DNA from: Gammaproteobacteria bacterium
GTDB lineage: Bacteria; Pseudomonadota; Gammaproteobacteria; Steroidobacterales; Foliamicaceae
Assembly: GCA_965200225.1 (NCBI GenBank)
Contig: CBDATM010000001.1
Coordinates: forward strand, 633,510 to 697,509
Length of the DNA: 64,000 nt
Reading direction: 5' to 3'
Under the pieces are notes generated by a model. It ran no database searches, was not told the origin of the DNA, and was given only the letters and a program-made list of their open reading frames with translations. This document shows, piece by piece, positions 9,048 through 18,210 of this stretch. Position 1 is the stretch's first letter. Each line of letters starts with the position of its first letter. The position numbers were made by a program, and so were the translations under genes.

Positions 9048-9941
9048 ATGAAGCAGGTGGTTTGTGGGCTGCTTGGCGGGCCGGCGCTTAGGCTGGCGCT
9101 GGCGGTTGCGCTGGCGCTGGCGCTTGGGTTTGGGGGCGAGGCGAGGGCGCAGGACTGGAGTAAGGAGTACGAGACTACGAAGATTTCCGAGCGGCTTTAT
9201 ACGTTCTGGCGCAGGGGCATCCGCAACATCTTCGTGATTACGGATGAAGGGGTGATCGCGACCGATCCGATCAGTCCCGAAACCGCTGCCGTGTATCGGG
9301 CGGAAATCGCCAGGGTGACGGATCTGCCGGTGCGCTACGTGATCTACAGCCACGAGCACTGGGACCATGTGCTGGGAGGACAGATCTTCAAGGACGAGGG
9401 GGCGGAGTTCATCAGCCACGAGAATTGCCTGAAATTCTTCTTCCGCAATCCGAACCCGGACCTTGTGATCCCGGACCGCGCCGTCTCCGGGAATACACGT
9501 TTCAGCCTGGGCAGCGAGAGTTTCGGCCTCCGCTACCTCGGCGAGAACCACGGCGACTGCCTGCTGGTATTCGAGTTCCCCGAGGAGCGGGCGATCTACC
9601 TGGCGGACCTGGCGACCGACGGGTTCATCGGCCTGGGCACTATGCCGGACTACGACATCATCGAATACCTGCGTTCCTTGCGCGAGATCGAGGCCATGGA
9701 CTTCGATTTGATGATCGGCGCGCATGGGCCGGCGCGCGCGGGCAAGGACGCGGTGGTGATCCGGCGGCGCTGGATGGAAACGATCATTGATGCGGTGGGC
9801 CGGGAGCTTGACGCGGGCACGCCGGTTGCGGAGATCGCCGGCAAACTGCATTTTCCGGACTTCGAGCACCTGCGCGGCTACAAGTCGCAATTGCCGGCTT
9901 TCGTGCTGCGAATGGCGCAGTTCCACGAGATGGGCTGGTAG
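9048..9941 (+). CDS. Secreted MBL-fold metallo-hydrolase
   Basis: 297-aa ORF with a signal peptide, the metallo-beta-lactamase motif YSHEHWDH and downstream H/D ligands. Confidence 0.8.
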   Translation: MKQVVCGLLGGPALRLALAVALALALGFGGEARAQDWSKEYETTKISERLYTFWRRGIRNIFVITDEGVIATDPISPETAAVYRAEIARVTDLPVRYVIYSHEHWDHVLGGQIFKDEGAEFISHENCLKFFFRNPNPDLVIPDRAVSGNTRFSLGSESFGLRYLGENHGDCLLVFEFPEERAIYLADLATDGFIGLGTMPDYDIIEYLRSLREIEAMDFDLMIGAHGPARAGKDAVVIRRRWMETIIDAVGRELDAGTPVAEIAGKLHFPDFEHLRGYKSQLPAFVLRMAQFHEMGW

Positions 9942-10015
9942 CGGGCGGCGCGCGGGTACGGGCGCGGACACCGGCGCGGACGGATACCGGCGCGGACACT
10001 GGCTCGGAGCCCGGC

Positions 10016-10831
10016 GTGCCCGAATTGCCGGAGGTCGAAACGACCCGGCGCGGCATCGAACCGCTGGTTTTGGGCGTGCGGATTGAACGGGTTGCTATCC
10101 GCGAGCGGCGGCTGCGATGGCCGATACCCCCGCAAATCGAGCAGAAATTGGCAGGCGCTACGATGCTCGGCGTTCATCGCAGGGCCAAATATCTCTTGCT
10201 GGAGAGTGAGCGCGGAACGGCCATCGCACACCTCGGAATGTCGGGCAGCTTCTCGGTGGTGGCGGCGGAGTCCGAGCCGAAAGCCCACGATCACTATGAC
10301 CTGGTTTTCGACGGCGGCAAGGCCCTGCGCTTTACCGATCCGCGAAAGTTCGGCAGCCTGTTATGGGGCGGACGCGAACCCTTGCGCCACAAGCTGCTGG
10401 CCGACCTCGGCCCCGAGCCCCTCGGCGACGAATTCACCGGCGCCTGGTTGAAGCAGCGCTCGCTGGGCCGAAAGGTCGCCATCAAGTCGTATCTGATGAC
10501 GCCGGCGGTGGTTGCGGGCGTGGGCAACATCTATGCGAGCGAAGCGCTGTATCGGGCCGGAATACACCCGCGCCGCGCCGCCGGCCGCACGGCACTGCGC
10601 CGTTACGAGCTTCTGGCCGAGGCCGTGCGAGACGTGTTGAGCGAGGCGATCGAAGCCGGCGGCACCACGCTGCGCGACTTCGCCGACGCAAGCGGCCGGC
10701 CAGGCTATTTCGCCCAGCGCCTGGACGTGTATGACCGGGCGGGCCTGAATTGCCGCCGCTGCGGTTCGGAGATCAGGCGGTCCGTCATCGGGCAGCGCGC
10801 CACCTATTACTGCGCGCGCTGCCAGACTTGA
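10016..10831 (+). CDS. mutM: Formamidopyrimidine-DNA glycosylase
   Basis: The N-terminus MPELPEVE has the catalytic Pro2/Glu3. It has the H2TH region and a C-terminal zinc finger CRRCGSEI...YYCARCQ. 271 aa. Confidence 0.95.
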   Translation: MPELPEVETTRRGIEPLVLGVRIERVAIRERRLRWPIPPQIEQKLAGATMLGVHRRAKYLLLESERGTAIAHLGMSGSFSVVAAESEPKAHDHYDLVFDGGKALRFTDPRKFGSLLWGGREPLRHKLLADLGPEPLGDEFTGAWLKQRSLGRKVAIKSYLMTPAVVAGVGNIYASEALYRAGIHPRRAAGRTALRRYELLAEAVRDVLSEAIEAGGTTLRDFADASGRPGYFAQRLDVYDRAGLNCRRCGSEIRRSVIGQRATYYCARCQT

Positions 10832-10840
10832 TCGGGCCGC

Positions 10841-10995
10841 GTTAGCCTGTCTCTTGCCTGAGGTCGATTTTCTTCCCCCTCCTCTCGTAGGGGCGTCAAC
10901 GGCAGGATGCCGTTGCCGAGCCCCATGGACGGGTTCATGCGTCCCCTACGAGAGGAGGGGGAAGAAAATCGACCTCAGGCAAGAGACAGGCTAAC
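10841..10995. repeat. Nested palindromic element, copy A (53-bp perfect outer stem, 49-nt conserved core)
   Basis: 10841-10893 is the exact reverse complement of 10943-10995. The core at 10894-10942 contains an inner hairpin caacggca-gga-tgccgttg. It sits between convergent mutM and ggt and overlaps the ggt stop. Confidence 0.9.
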
Positions 10996-12739
10996 GCACG
11001 TCGGAGCCGCCGCTGCGGCGCGGGTCGCTGGCGGCGGTTAGCGTGCCGTCGGCGTAGTCGAGGGTGATTGCCTGCATGTTGCCCCAGGGGCGCGACGATT
11101 CGCGCAGCGTGTGGCCCAACTCGGCCAGCGCGGCTTGCAACGGCTCGTCCATGGCGCCGGCCTCGAACGACACCGAGTCCGGGATGTACTGGTGGTGAAC
11201 GCGAGGCAGGCCGACGATGCCTTCGGCGTCCGCGCCGTCCATCCACGCCAGAGCGCCCAGAAGCACCATCGTGATGATACGGCTGCCCCCGGGCGTGCCG
11301 AGTATCGCCAGACCCCGCTCGGACTCCAGGAAGGTGGGCGTCATGCTCGACAGCATGCGCTTGCCCGGTTGGATCGCGTTGGCATGCGAATGCACCAGCG
11401 CGAACGCGTTGGGCACTCCAGGCTTCACCGAGAAGTCGTCCATCTCGTTATTCAGAATCACGCCGGTGCCGGGTGGGACGAAACCGGAACCGAACAGCGT
11501 GTTGATCGTTTGCGTTACCGCGGCGCGGTTGCCGTCCTTGTCCAGAACCGAAAAATGACTGGTGTCCGTTTCGCCGGGCCGCTGACTGACCGGACCCGGC
11601 AGCATGTCGCTGGGCGTAGCGCGATCCATGCGCACGCTGGCTAGCAAGCCGTCCGCGTACCAGGGGTGAATCAGTTGCTCCACCGGAACTGCAACGAAGT
11701 CCGGATCGCCAAGGTACTCGGCTCGGTCGCGGTAGGCGCGCCGGATCGCCTCCACGAGCAAATGCGTCCGCTTCGGCTCTTTGAGCAGGCCGTAGCCGCG
11801 GTGGTCGAGCATGTTGAGCACCTGCGCCAGCGCCACGCCACCGGCCGAGGGCGGCGGCGCCGTGGTGACTTCCACGTCCCCGTAGCGGAAGCGAATCGGT
11901 TGCCGTTCCACGATTCGGTATGCCGCCAGGTCCTCCATGCTCCAGATCCCGCCTGCGTCGCGCACGCCCTTGACCATGAGCTCGGCCCTCGGCCCGCTGT
12001 AGAAGCCCGCTGCGCCTTCAGCGCTCAGAATTTCAAGAGTATCGGCGAGGTCCGGCCGGCGTATCAGGGTGCCCACGGGCGGCGCTTCTCCGCCCGGCAG
12101 GAATATGTCCAGAAATGCCGGCGAGGGCGAGCCAATGCGCGGAACGGCCCGCAGCAGCCGCTGGCTTCGCTCGGTGACCGGCAGGCCCTGCCGTGCCAGC
12201 CGGATTGCCGGCGCCAGACTTTGCGCCAGCGGCAACTGCCCGTACTTGTTCGCGATGTGCTCAAGCGCGGCCGGCAATCCCGGAATGCCCGCGGCCAGCG
12301 GACCCGATAGCGAAGCCTGGCGGACCGGTTCGCCGTTCTCGTCCAGGTACATGTCGCGAGATGCCGCGCTGGGCGCGGTTTCCCTGGCGTCGACGAACAC
12401 GCTGGATTGATCGGCTTCGAAGTGGAGAAGGAAAAAGCCGCCCCCGCCGATGCCCGAACTGTGCGGCTCGACTACCGACAGCGCGGCGCTCACCGCAACG
12501 GCTGCGTCGAAGGCATTGCCGCCCTGCGAGAATATCTCGAAGCCCGCCTCGGTGGCGGCGGGGTGGGCGCTGGCAACGGCGGCATGCCCGGGGCCGCTTG
12601 CTCTTGCAACCATGCCGATTTCATCTTCGGCGTAAGCGACCCCAGCGATGCCCGCAACGCCAGCGACGCCCGCGGCGGCAATCCATAACAAGAGGCTCGG
12701 CAGCAGAAGTTGGCCGGCCCGGGGGAAAAACAATTTCAT
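10991..12739 (-). CDS. ggt: Gamma-glutamyltranspeptidase
   Basis: GGT family with autoprocessing site ...GETDTSHFSVLDKDGN and GGSRIIT. The likely start is MKLFFPRAG (signal peptide) at 12739, whose ATG overlaps the coaD TGA (ATGA). The ORF-track start at 12847 is probably too long. Confidence 0.9.
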   Translation of the reverse strand: MKLFFPRAGQLLLPSLLLWIAAAGVAGVAGIAGVAYAEDEIGMVARASGPGHAAVASAHPAATEAGFEIFSQGGNAFDAAVAVSAALSVVEPHSSGIGGGGFFLLHFEADQSSVFVDARETAPSAASRDMYLDENGEPVRQASLSGPLAAGIPGLPAALEHIANKYGQLPLAQSLAPAIRLARQGLPVTERSQRLLRAVPRIGSPSPAFLDIFLPGGEAPPVGTLIRRPDLADTLEILSAEGAAGFYSGPRAELMVKGVRDAGGIWSMEDLAAYRIVERQPIRFRYGDVEVTTAPPPSAGGVALAQVLNMLDHRGYGLLKEPKRTHLLVEAIRRAYRDRAEYLGDPDFVAVPVEQLIHPWYADGLLASVRMDRATPSDMLPGPVSQRPGETDTSHFSVLDKDGNRAAVTQTINTLFGSGFVPPGTGVILNNEMDDFSVKPGVPNAFALVHSHANAIQPGKRMLSSMTPTFLESERGLAILGTPGGSRIITMVLLGALAWMDGADAEGIVGLPRVHHQYIPDSVSFEAGAMDEPLQAALAELGHTLRESSRPWGNMQAITLDYADGTLTAASDPRRSGGSDVR

Positions 12740-13242
12740 TGCAGGTGATCCTTGAGTGCAGCCGCTACTACTTGAGGTACGAAATTCGATACGTCGCCGC
12801 CCATGCCTGCGATTTCTCGCACCAGGGATGAGGAGATATGGGCGCAACTCTCGGAGGGTGTCAGATACAGGGTTTCAATGGACGAGTCCAACTGCCGGTT
12901 CATGCTGGCAAGCTGGAACTCGCGCTCGAAGTCGCTAACTGCGCGCACGCCGCGAAGGATTGCATGCAGGCCGTTGGCGCGCGCATATGCCACCGTCAGG
13001 CCCTGGTAGCCGTCCACGCGGGCCTGGGGCACATCGGCCAGCGCTTCGGTGGCCAGGCGGATGCGGGCCTCAAGGTCGAACATCGGCAACTTGGCGGGAC
13101 TCGCCGCGACGGCCACCACCACCTCGTCAAACAGCTTCGCGGCCCTGCGGACCAGGTCGCAATGGCCGTTGGTGATAGGGTCGAAGGTGCCGGGATACAG
13201 GATTCCCCGGCCTCTGCCCGGATTCTGTCGTTTCGCGTTCAT
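12736..13242 (-). CDS. coaD: Phosphopantetheine adenylyltransferase
   Basis: YPGTFDPITNGHCDLVRRA (HxGH-type nucleotidyltransferase motif). About 160 aa, the typical CoaD length. Confidence 0.92.
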   Translation of the reverse strand: MNAKRQNPGRGRGILYPGTFDPITNGHCDLVRRAAKLFDEVVVAVAASPAKLPMFDLEARIRLATEALADVPQARVDGYQGLTVAYARANGLHAILRGVRAVSDFEREFQLASMNRQLDSSIETLYLTPSESCAHISSSLVREIAGMGGDVSNFVPQVVAAALKDHLQ

Positions 13243-13856
13243 ATCTCTTGCGCCATGTCGTTTGCCGCGTCGTTTGCCGTGCCGTTACAGCGCCCGGTCG
13301 GTCCGGCCAGCATCATACGTACGTCTCCAACCACTTTCTCGCGCAGTAATTCCAGTTCCGGGGGCAGTTCAGGCATCGGCTCGCGCTTGCCGGCTTCCAG
13401 GTACAAACGGCAATTGTCCGCCAGCCATCCGTTACGGGCAAGCAGTGTACAGCAGCGCGCCGCCAGACCGCTGCCGAAAGGGGGATCCAGAAACACGATG
13501 TCGATGGGCTCGCGGCTGCGGGCCTTCTCAAGCCAACGGACCGAGTCGGCCGACTCAACCCGGCTGGCCAGTTGCCATTCCTGCAGCACGCGGCGCAGCA
13601 TCCTGGCGGCCGCGCGCTCCGACTCCACGAAAACGCAGTGAGCCGCGCCCCGCGACAGCGCTTCCACGCCCAGCGCGCCAGCGCCGGCGAACAAATCCAG
13701 GCATTGCGCCCCTGGCACCATGGGTCCCAGCCAGTTGAACAGGGTCTCTCTCGCGCGCACCGGCGTGGGCCGCGCGTTGGGCGGCACTTTCAGCAGTCGC
13801 CCGCGAAGGCTTCCGCCGGCAATACGCACCCGCCCTTGATGCTTCTTCGGTGGCAT
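13239..13856 (-). CDS. rsmD: 16S rRNA (guanine966-N2)-methyltransferase
   Basis: CLDLFAGAGALGVEALSRGA SAM motif and IVFLDPPFG motif IV. The conserved rsmD-coaD pairing is present. Confidence 0.88.
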   Translation of the reverse strand: MPPKKHQGRVRIAGGSLRGRLLKVPPNARPTPVRARETLFNWLGPMVPGAQCLDLFAGAGALGVEALSRGAAHCVFVESERAAARMLRRVLQEWQLASRVESADSVRWLEKARSREPIDIVFLDPPFGSGLAARCCTLLARNGWLADNCRLYLEAGKREPMPELPPELELLREKVVGDVRMMLAGPTGRCNGTANDAANDMAQEI

Positions 13857-13884
13857 GCTCGGAGAGTATCATTTCGCTTGCCAA

Positions 13885-14553
13885 ATGATTCGCCTTGAGC
13901 ACGTCACCATGCGATACCGGGGCGGCGCGGAAGCGTTGTCGGAGGTCAGCCTTTCCGTGCAACACGGCGAGTTTGCCTACCTCACCGGGCCGTCGGGCGC
14001 CGGAAAGACCACGCTGATCAAGCTGCTGGCCGCGATCGAGCGGCCGGCGCGCGGGCAGGTTTTCGTTCTGGGACGCAACGTGGGACGCATGAGCCGCCGC
14101 GCGGTGTGCCAGCATCGGCGCAACATCGGCATCGTTTTTCAAAACAACCTGTTGCTGGACGATCGAAGCGCCTACGAGAATGTTGCCTTGCCGCTGCATA
14201 TTTTCGGGCTGGGTCCGCGCGAGATCCGCCGCCGCACCGAAGCGGCGCTTGATTCCATGGGCCTGCTGCGCAGCGCGCGAAAATCGCCACGGCTGCTGTC
14301 GCAGGGCGAGCAACAGCGGCTGGGCATCGCCAGGGCGGTGGTGAACAGTCCGGCGCTGCTGATCGCTGACGAACCCACCGGCAACCTGGACCCCGAGCTG
14401 TCGCGCGAAGTCATGCAACTGTTTCGCCGCATGGCGGGCTTCGGCGTAACGGCGCTGGTGGCCACGCATGACCTCGACCTGATCGAAGCCTTGCCCGGCC
14501 GCCGGATCAGCCTGGTGGAAGGTCGAATCGACTCGGATATCACGCCTGCATGA
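13885..14553 (+). CDS. ftsE: Cell-division ABC ATPase FtsE
   Basis: MIRLEHVTMRY..., Walker A GPSGAGKTT, signature LSQGEQQRLGIARA and Walker B LLIADEPTGNLD. It is followed by ftsX with an overlapping stop/start. Confidence 0.9.
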   Translation: MIRLEHVTMRYRGGAEALSEVSLSVQHGEFAYLTGPSGAGKTTLIKLLAAIERPARGQVFVLGRNVGRMSRRAVCQHRRNIGIVFQNNLLLDDRSAYENVALPLHIFGLGPREIRRRTEAALDSMGLLRSARKSPRLLSQGEQQRLGIARAVVNSPALLIADEPTGNLDPELSREVMQLFRRMAGFGVTALVATHDLDLIEALPGRRISLVEGRIDSDITPA

Positions 14554-15464
14554 AACTCCTGCGCTTTTTCCGCAGTCACGTCACCTGTTTCTATTCGGAG
14601 GCCGCCCGGCTTGTACGGCATCCTCTGGGCAGCCTGATGACGGTGGGCGCCATAGGGCTGGCGCTGGCGCTGCCAGCCGGCCTGAGTGCGGGTCTGCGCA
14701 ATGCCGAAGGACTGGTGGCGGTGTGGGGAGAGGCGCGGTCATTTTCGATATACCTGAAGGACGGAGCCAGCATCGCCGTGGCCGAGCAGTTGGCCGAAGA
14801 CCTGGAACGCAACCCTGCCGTTGGCGCAGTCCGTCGGATCAGCCCGGGGGAAGCCCTGTCCATCATGGAGGGCCGCAGCGAGTTTGCGGGCGCGCTCGAA
14901 GTGATGGATGACAACCCCTTGCCCTGGACGCTGGTGGTGACGCCCGCTCCCGCGGCGGCAGACACGGAATTCCTGGCTCTGAAGACCACCGTGGCCACAT
15001 TGGCCGAGGTGGATGAGGTGCTGGCCGACACGCAGTGGCTTGAGCGCCTGAGCGCCCTGCTGGCGCTTGCGGGACAGGCGATGCTGCTGCTGCTGTTCAT
15101 GGTGCTGGCAGCCCTGATCGTGATCATCGGCAACACCATACGGCTGGAAGTCCAGAAGCAACGTGACGCTCTGGAAATCCAGGTGCTGTTGGGGGCCAGC
15201 CGTAGCTACATGCGCCGCCCTTACCTGTACCAGGGATTCTGGTGCGGCCTGGGTGGCGGCCTGGTGGCGCTTGGCCTGGTGCGCCTGGGCATCTGGACCC
15301 TGGACAGTGCATTTTCCGACCTCATGGTCCTCTACGACAGCGAGCGGGTACTGACCGCCGCGGGTTGGCGCCAGGAGTTGTTGATTCTGGGCGTGGGCAC
15401 CTTGACCGGCTGGCTGGGCGCTTGGCGCGCGGTCGCCGGGCACATGCGCGCTCTCGACGCATAA
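14550..15464 (+). CDS. ftsX: Cell-division permease-like protein FtsX
   Basis: 304 aa with 4 TM helices and a periplasmic domain between TM1 and TM2. It is coupled to ftsE. Confidence 0.85.
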   Translation: MKLLRFFRSHVTCFYSEAARLVRHPLGSLMTVGAIGLALALPAGLSAGLRNAEGLVAVWGEARSFSIYLKDGASIAVAEQLAEDLERNPAVGAVRRISPGEALSIMEGRSEFAGALEVMDDNPLPWTLVVTPAPAAADTEFLALKTTVATLAEVDEVLADTQWLERLSALLALAGQAMLLLLFMVLAALIVIIGNTIRLEVQKQRDALEIQVLLGASRSYMRRPYLYQGFWCGLGGGLVALGLVRLGIWTLDSAFSDLMVLYDSERVLTAAGWRQELLILGVGTLTGWLGAWRAVAGHMRALDA

Positions 15465-15488
15465 CCCGCCCCGAGAAAGAATACGCGG

Positions 15489-16496
15489 TTACTCGTCGGG
15501 AAGCTTGGGCAGGTCCGGCATCGTCAGGCGCACGAACAGTTCCTCCAGGCGATTGGTCTTGTGCCGGATGCTGGCAACCTGAACGCCGGCCGGACCGAGC
15601 AGCGCGAAGAACTCGTTAAGGCTTCGCTCCGCGGGCACTTCCAGTTCCAGTTCATAACGGCTGCGCCAGTGCACCTGGAAGCCCTTGAACTTGAGGCCTG
15701 GCCGGGCGGGCGACTGAAGCGAGATCACGAAATGCTGTTCGGGCAATTGCCTGAGCACCTGCTCCATCCGGTCCTCCACCACGATTTTCCCGCGGTCGAG
15801 GATCGCCAGGCGGCGGCAGAGGTGCTCGGCTTCCTCCAGGTAGTGGGTGGTCAGGATGATCGTTACGCCCCGTTCGTTAATTTCCCGCAGCAGGTCCCAC
15901 ATCGAACGGCGGATTTCGATATCCACGCCTGCGGTCGGTTCGTCGAGAATCAGCAGCCTGGGGTTATGGACCATCGCGCGGGCGATCATCAGCCGACGCT
16001 TCATTCCGCCGGAAAGCGTGCGCGCAAGCCGGTTGCGCTGGTCCCACAGCCGAACCGCTTTCAGGCATTTCTCGGCCGAACGGCGCGCCTGACGCGGAGT
16101 AAATCCGAAATAGCCTGCCTGTTGCATGAGCGTTGGCAACAGCTTCTCGAACATGTTGAGATTCACTTCTTGCGGCGCTACGCCGATACATCTCTTGACG
16201 GCCTCTTGGTTCTGGTCCAGGTCATGGCCATACACGAGGACCTTTCCGCTGGTCTTGTTGACCAGCGTGGTGATGACTCCAATGGCCGTGGTCTTGCCGG
16301 CGCCGTTGGGGCCCAGCAAGGCGTAGAATTCCCCCTCGCGCACGGTGAGATCAATGCCCTTGAGCGCCCGCACGCCGTTGGGGTAAACCTTGGTGAGTCC
16401 TTTGAGGGAGAGCGCGTCCACAAAAGGGATTGTGCAGCGATGCGGCCGCCGCCGCAAGAGTATTGACTGTGGATCGTTTGAATGAATAATATGCAC
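15489..16496 (-). CDS. ABC-2-type transporter ATP-binding protein (YadG/NatA-like); no adjacent permease
   Basis: Walker A GPNGAGKTT, signature LSGGMKRRLMIARA, Walker B LLILDEPTAGVD and a C-terminal YadG-like extension. The start codon is uncertain. Confidence 0.85.
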   Translation of the reverse strand: MHIIHSNDPQSILLRRRPHRCTIPFVDALSLKGLTKVYPNGVRALKGIDLTVREGEFYALLGPNGAGKTTAIGVITTLVNKTSGKVLVYGHDLDQNQEAVKRCIGVAPQEVNLNMFEKLLPTLMQQAGYFGFTPRQARRSAEKCLKAVRLWDQRNRLARTLSGGMKRRLMIARAMVHNPRLLILDEPTAGVDIEIRRSMWDLLREINERGVTIILTTHYLEEAEHLCRRLAILDRGKIVVEDRMEQVLRQLPEQHFVISLQSPARPGLKFKGFQVHWRSRYELELEVPAERSLNEFFALLGPAGVQVASIRHKTNRLEELFVRLTMPDLPKLPDE

Positions 16497-16527
16497 TCTT
16501 TTGAGATTTTATGAGAATTTTATGCAG
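16463..16527 (+). promoter_or_regulatory. Putative sigma-70 promoter with AT-rich ARG-box-like operator in front of argR
   Basis: TTGACT (16463-16468), an 18-nt spacer and TAATAT (16487-16492). These are embedded in the only AT-rich stretch of this region, which carries repeated TGAAT/ATGAGAwTTTTATG motifs resembling ArgR half-sites. Confidence 0.4.
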
Positions 16528-16968
16528 ACACTTGCCAGCCGGACGGTGCGTCGCCACGAATGCATAGCGGACATCGTCCGCCGTTACAGCGTGGGCAGTC
16601 AGGCCGAGTTGGGCGAAATGCTGGCCGAGCGCGGCATCCGCGTCAGCCAGTCGTGCATAAGCCGTGACCTGTCCTTGCTGGGCGTGGTGAAGCAGGGCCG
16701 CGCCTACACGCTCGACCGCTCCGACATCGCTGCTGAAGATCGCCGGGCGCTGGCGGCCTACGGACGCGGCGTGGACCAGGCCGGCCCGCACCTGGCGATC
16801 GTGCGCACGGCCACCGGATCCGCACAGCGAATAGCGCTGTTTCTGGACCGCAGCGGCTGGCGGGAAGTTCTGGCCACAGTAGCGGGAGACGACACCATTT
16901 TCGTAGCGACGCGCAACCTGGCCGAGCAGCGCGCACTGCTGGCCCGCCTGCGCCGCGAGATGAGTTAG
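16501..16968 (+). CDS. argR: Arginine repressor
   Basis: Winged-helix N-terminus (SQAELGEMLAERGIRVSQSCISRDLSLLGVVK) and a C-terminal oligomerisation/arginine-binding domain (GDDTIFV). The real start is probably the ATG at 16522 (MQTLASR). Confidence 0.88.
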   Translation: MRFYENFMQTLASRTVRRHECIADIVRRYSVGSQAELGEMLAERGIRVSQSCISRDLSLLGVVKQGRAYTLDRSDIAAEDRRALAAYGRGVDQAGPHLAIVRTATGSAQRIALFLDRSGWREVLATVAGDDTIFVATRNLAEQRALLARLRREMS

Positions 16969-16983
16969 CGAGCTTTTGGCGCC

Positions 16984-18210
16984 ATGAGCAATTCACCCAT
17001 CGTGCTGGCTTTCTCCGGCGGACTGGACACGTCCTTCTGCGTGCCCTGGCTGGCCGAGAAGCACCAGCGTCCGGTAGTGACGCTGACGGTCAACACCGGC
17101 GGCATCGGGTCCGAGGACGCCGCCGAGCTGGAGCAGCGCGCCCTGGCGCTGGGCGCCCAAAGGCATCTGCTGGTGGAAGCGCGCCCTCAGTTCTTTGATG
17201 AGGTCATCCGGCACCTGATCGCAGGCAACGTTCGCCGAGGTCACAGCTACCCCTTGTGCGTGGGCGCCGAGCGCGGCATACAGGCGCGGATCCTGGCCCG
17301 TACCGCCAGCGAACTGGGCAGCGATACGGTGGCACACGGCTGCACCGCGGCGGGTAACGATCAGTTCCGCTTCGAGATGGCCATGCGCGCCCTGGTGCCG
17401 GAAATGACCGTGCTGGCGCCGGTGCGCGACGAGTCGCTTCAGCGCGCAACGCAACTGGAATACCTGAGGCAGCGCAACGCTCCGGAAATTCCGACCGGCG
17501 GCGATTATTCGATTAATCGCGGCCTGTGGGGGGTGACCATCGGCGGCAGGGAAACGCTCACCTCGGCGGATTCGATCCCCGAGTCCGCATGGGTGCTGTC
17601 TGTGGGGGCGCTGGAGAAACCGCTTGCGGAAGAGTCGCATGAACTGGATTTCGAGGCCGGCGTGCCGGTGCGCTGGGACGGCCGGCGCCTTCCGCCGGTG
17701 GAGCTGATCGAGGCGGTGGAGGCGAGCGCCGCGCGGTTCGGCATCGGCAGGGGCATCCACCTGGGCGATACCATTCTCGGCGCCAAGGGCCGGGTCGCCT
17801 ACGAGGCGCCGGGCGCGGAGGTTCTGCTCACCGCCCATCGCGAACTGGAGAAGCTCACATTGGGCGCCGGTCAATTGCGCGTGAAGGACACGCTGGCGGC
17901 GGTTTATGGCGACCTGGTGCATGAGGGCAAGCATCTCGATCCGGTATGCCGCGACATCGAGGCCTTCTTCGACAGCTCGCAGCAATACGTGAGCGGCCGT
18001 GTCCATCTGGCGCTCAGGCCCGCAAGCGTGTGGGTGCGGGGGGTGGAATCGAACCACTCCCTGCTTGCCGCCACCCGCGGCGTCTACGGCGAGTCCGCCG
18101 GAGAGTGGACCCCGCGGGACGCGCTGGGAGCCGCCCGGGTGCTGTCGCTGCCCGGCCTGCTGCACAGCCGGGTGGCGGCTTCCGCCAGGAAAGGGGGCGG
18201 CGATGCGTAG
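16984..18210 (+). CDS. argG: Argininosuccinate synthase
   Basis: N-terminal PP-loop IVLAFSGGLDTS and argininosuccinate synthase signature regions. 408 aa. Confidence 0.93.
   Translation: MSNSPIVLAFSGGLDTSFCVPWLAEKHQRPVVTLTVNTGGIGSEDAAELEQRALALGAQRHLLVEARPQFFDEVIRHLIAGNVRRGHSYPLCVGAERGIQARILARTASELGSDTVAHGCTAAGNDQFRFEMAMRALVPEMTVLAPVRDESLQRATQLEYLRQRNAPEIPTGGDYSINRGLWGVTIGGRETLTSADSIPESAWVLSVGALEKPLAEESHELDFEAGVPVRWDGRRLPPVELIEAVEASAARFGIGRGIHLGDTILGAKGRVAYEAPGAEVLLTAHRELEKLTLGAGQLRVKDTLAAVYGDLVHEGKHLDPVCRDIEAFFDSSQQYVSGRVHLALRPASVWVRGVESNHSLLAATRGVYGESAGEWTPRDALGAARVLSLPGLLHSRVAASARKGGGDA

Noticed and set aside
10894-10942. Mini-ORF (MNPSMGLG...) conserved across the cores of palindrome copies A and B
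   Set aside because: Conservation stops at the nucleotide core and downstream residues differ completely. There is no RBS, and the compensatory stem changes argue for structural rather than coding constraint.
10841-10995. Integron attC site
   Set aside because: The ends read GTTAGCC...GGCTAAC, superficially like R'/R'' cores. However, the palindrome is perfect with no extrahelical bases, the RYYYAAC consensus is not met, there is no integrase or cassette array nearby, and the conserved part is the centre, not the ends.
15489-16496. Orphan ABC ATPase without a permease as an unusual system
   Set aside because: YadG-like ATPases are sometimes separated from their permeases. The sequence offers no further evidence of novelty.
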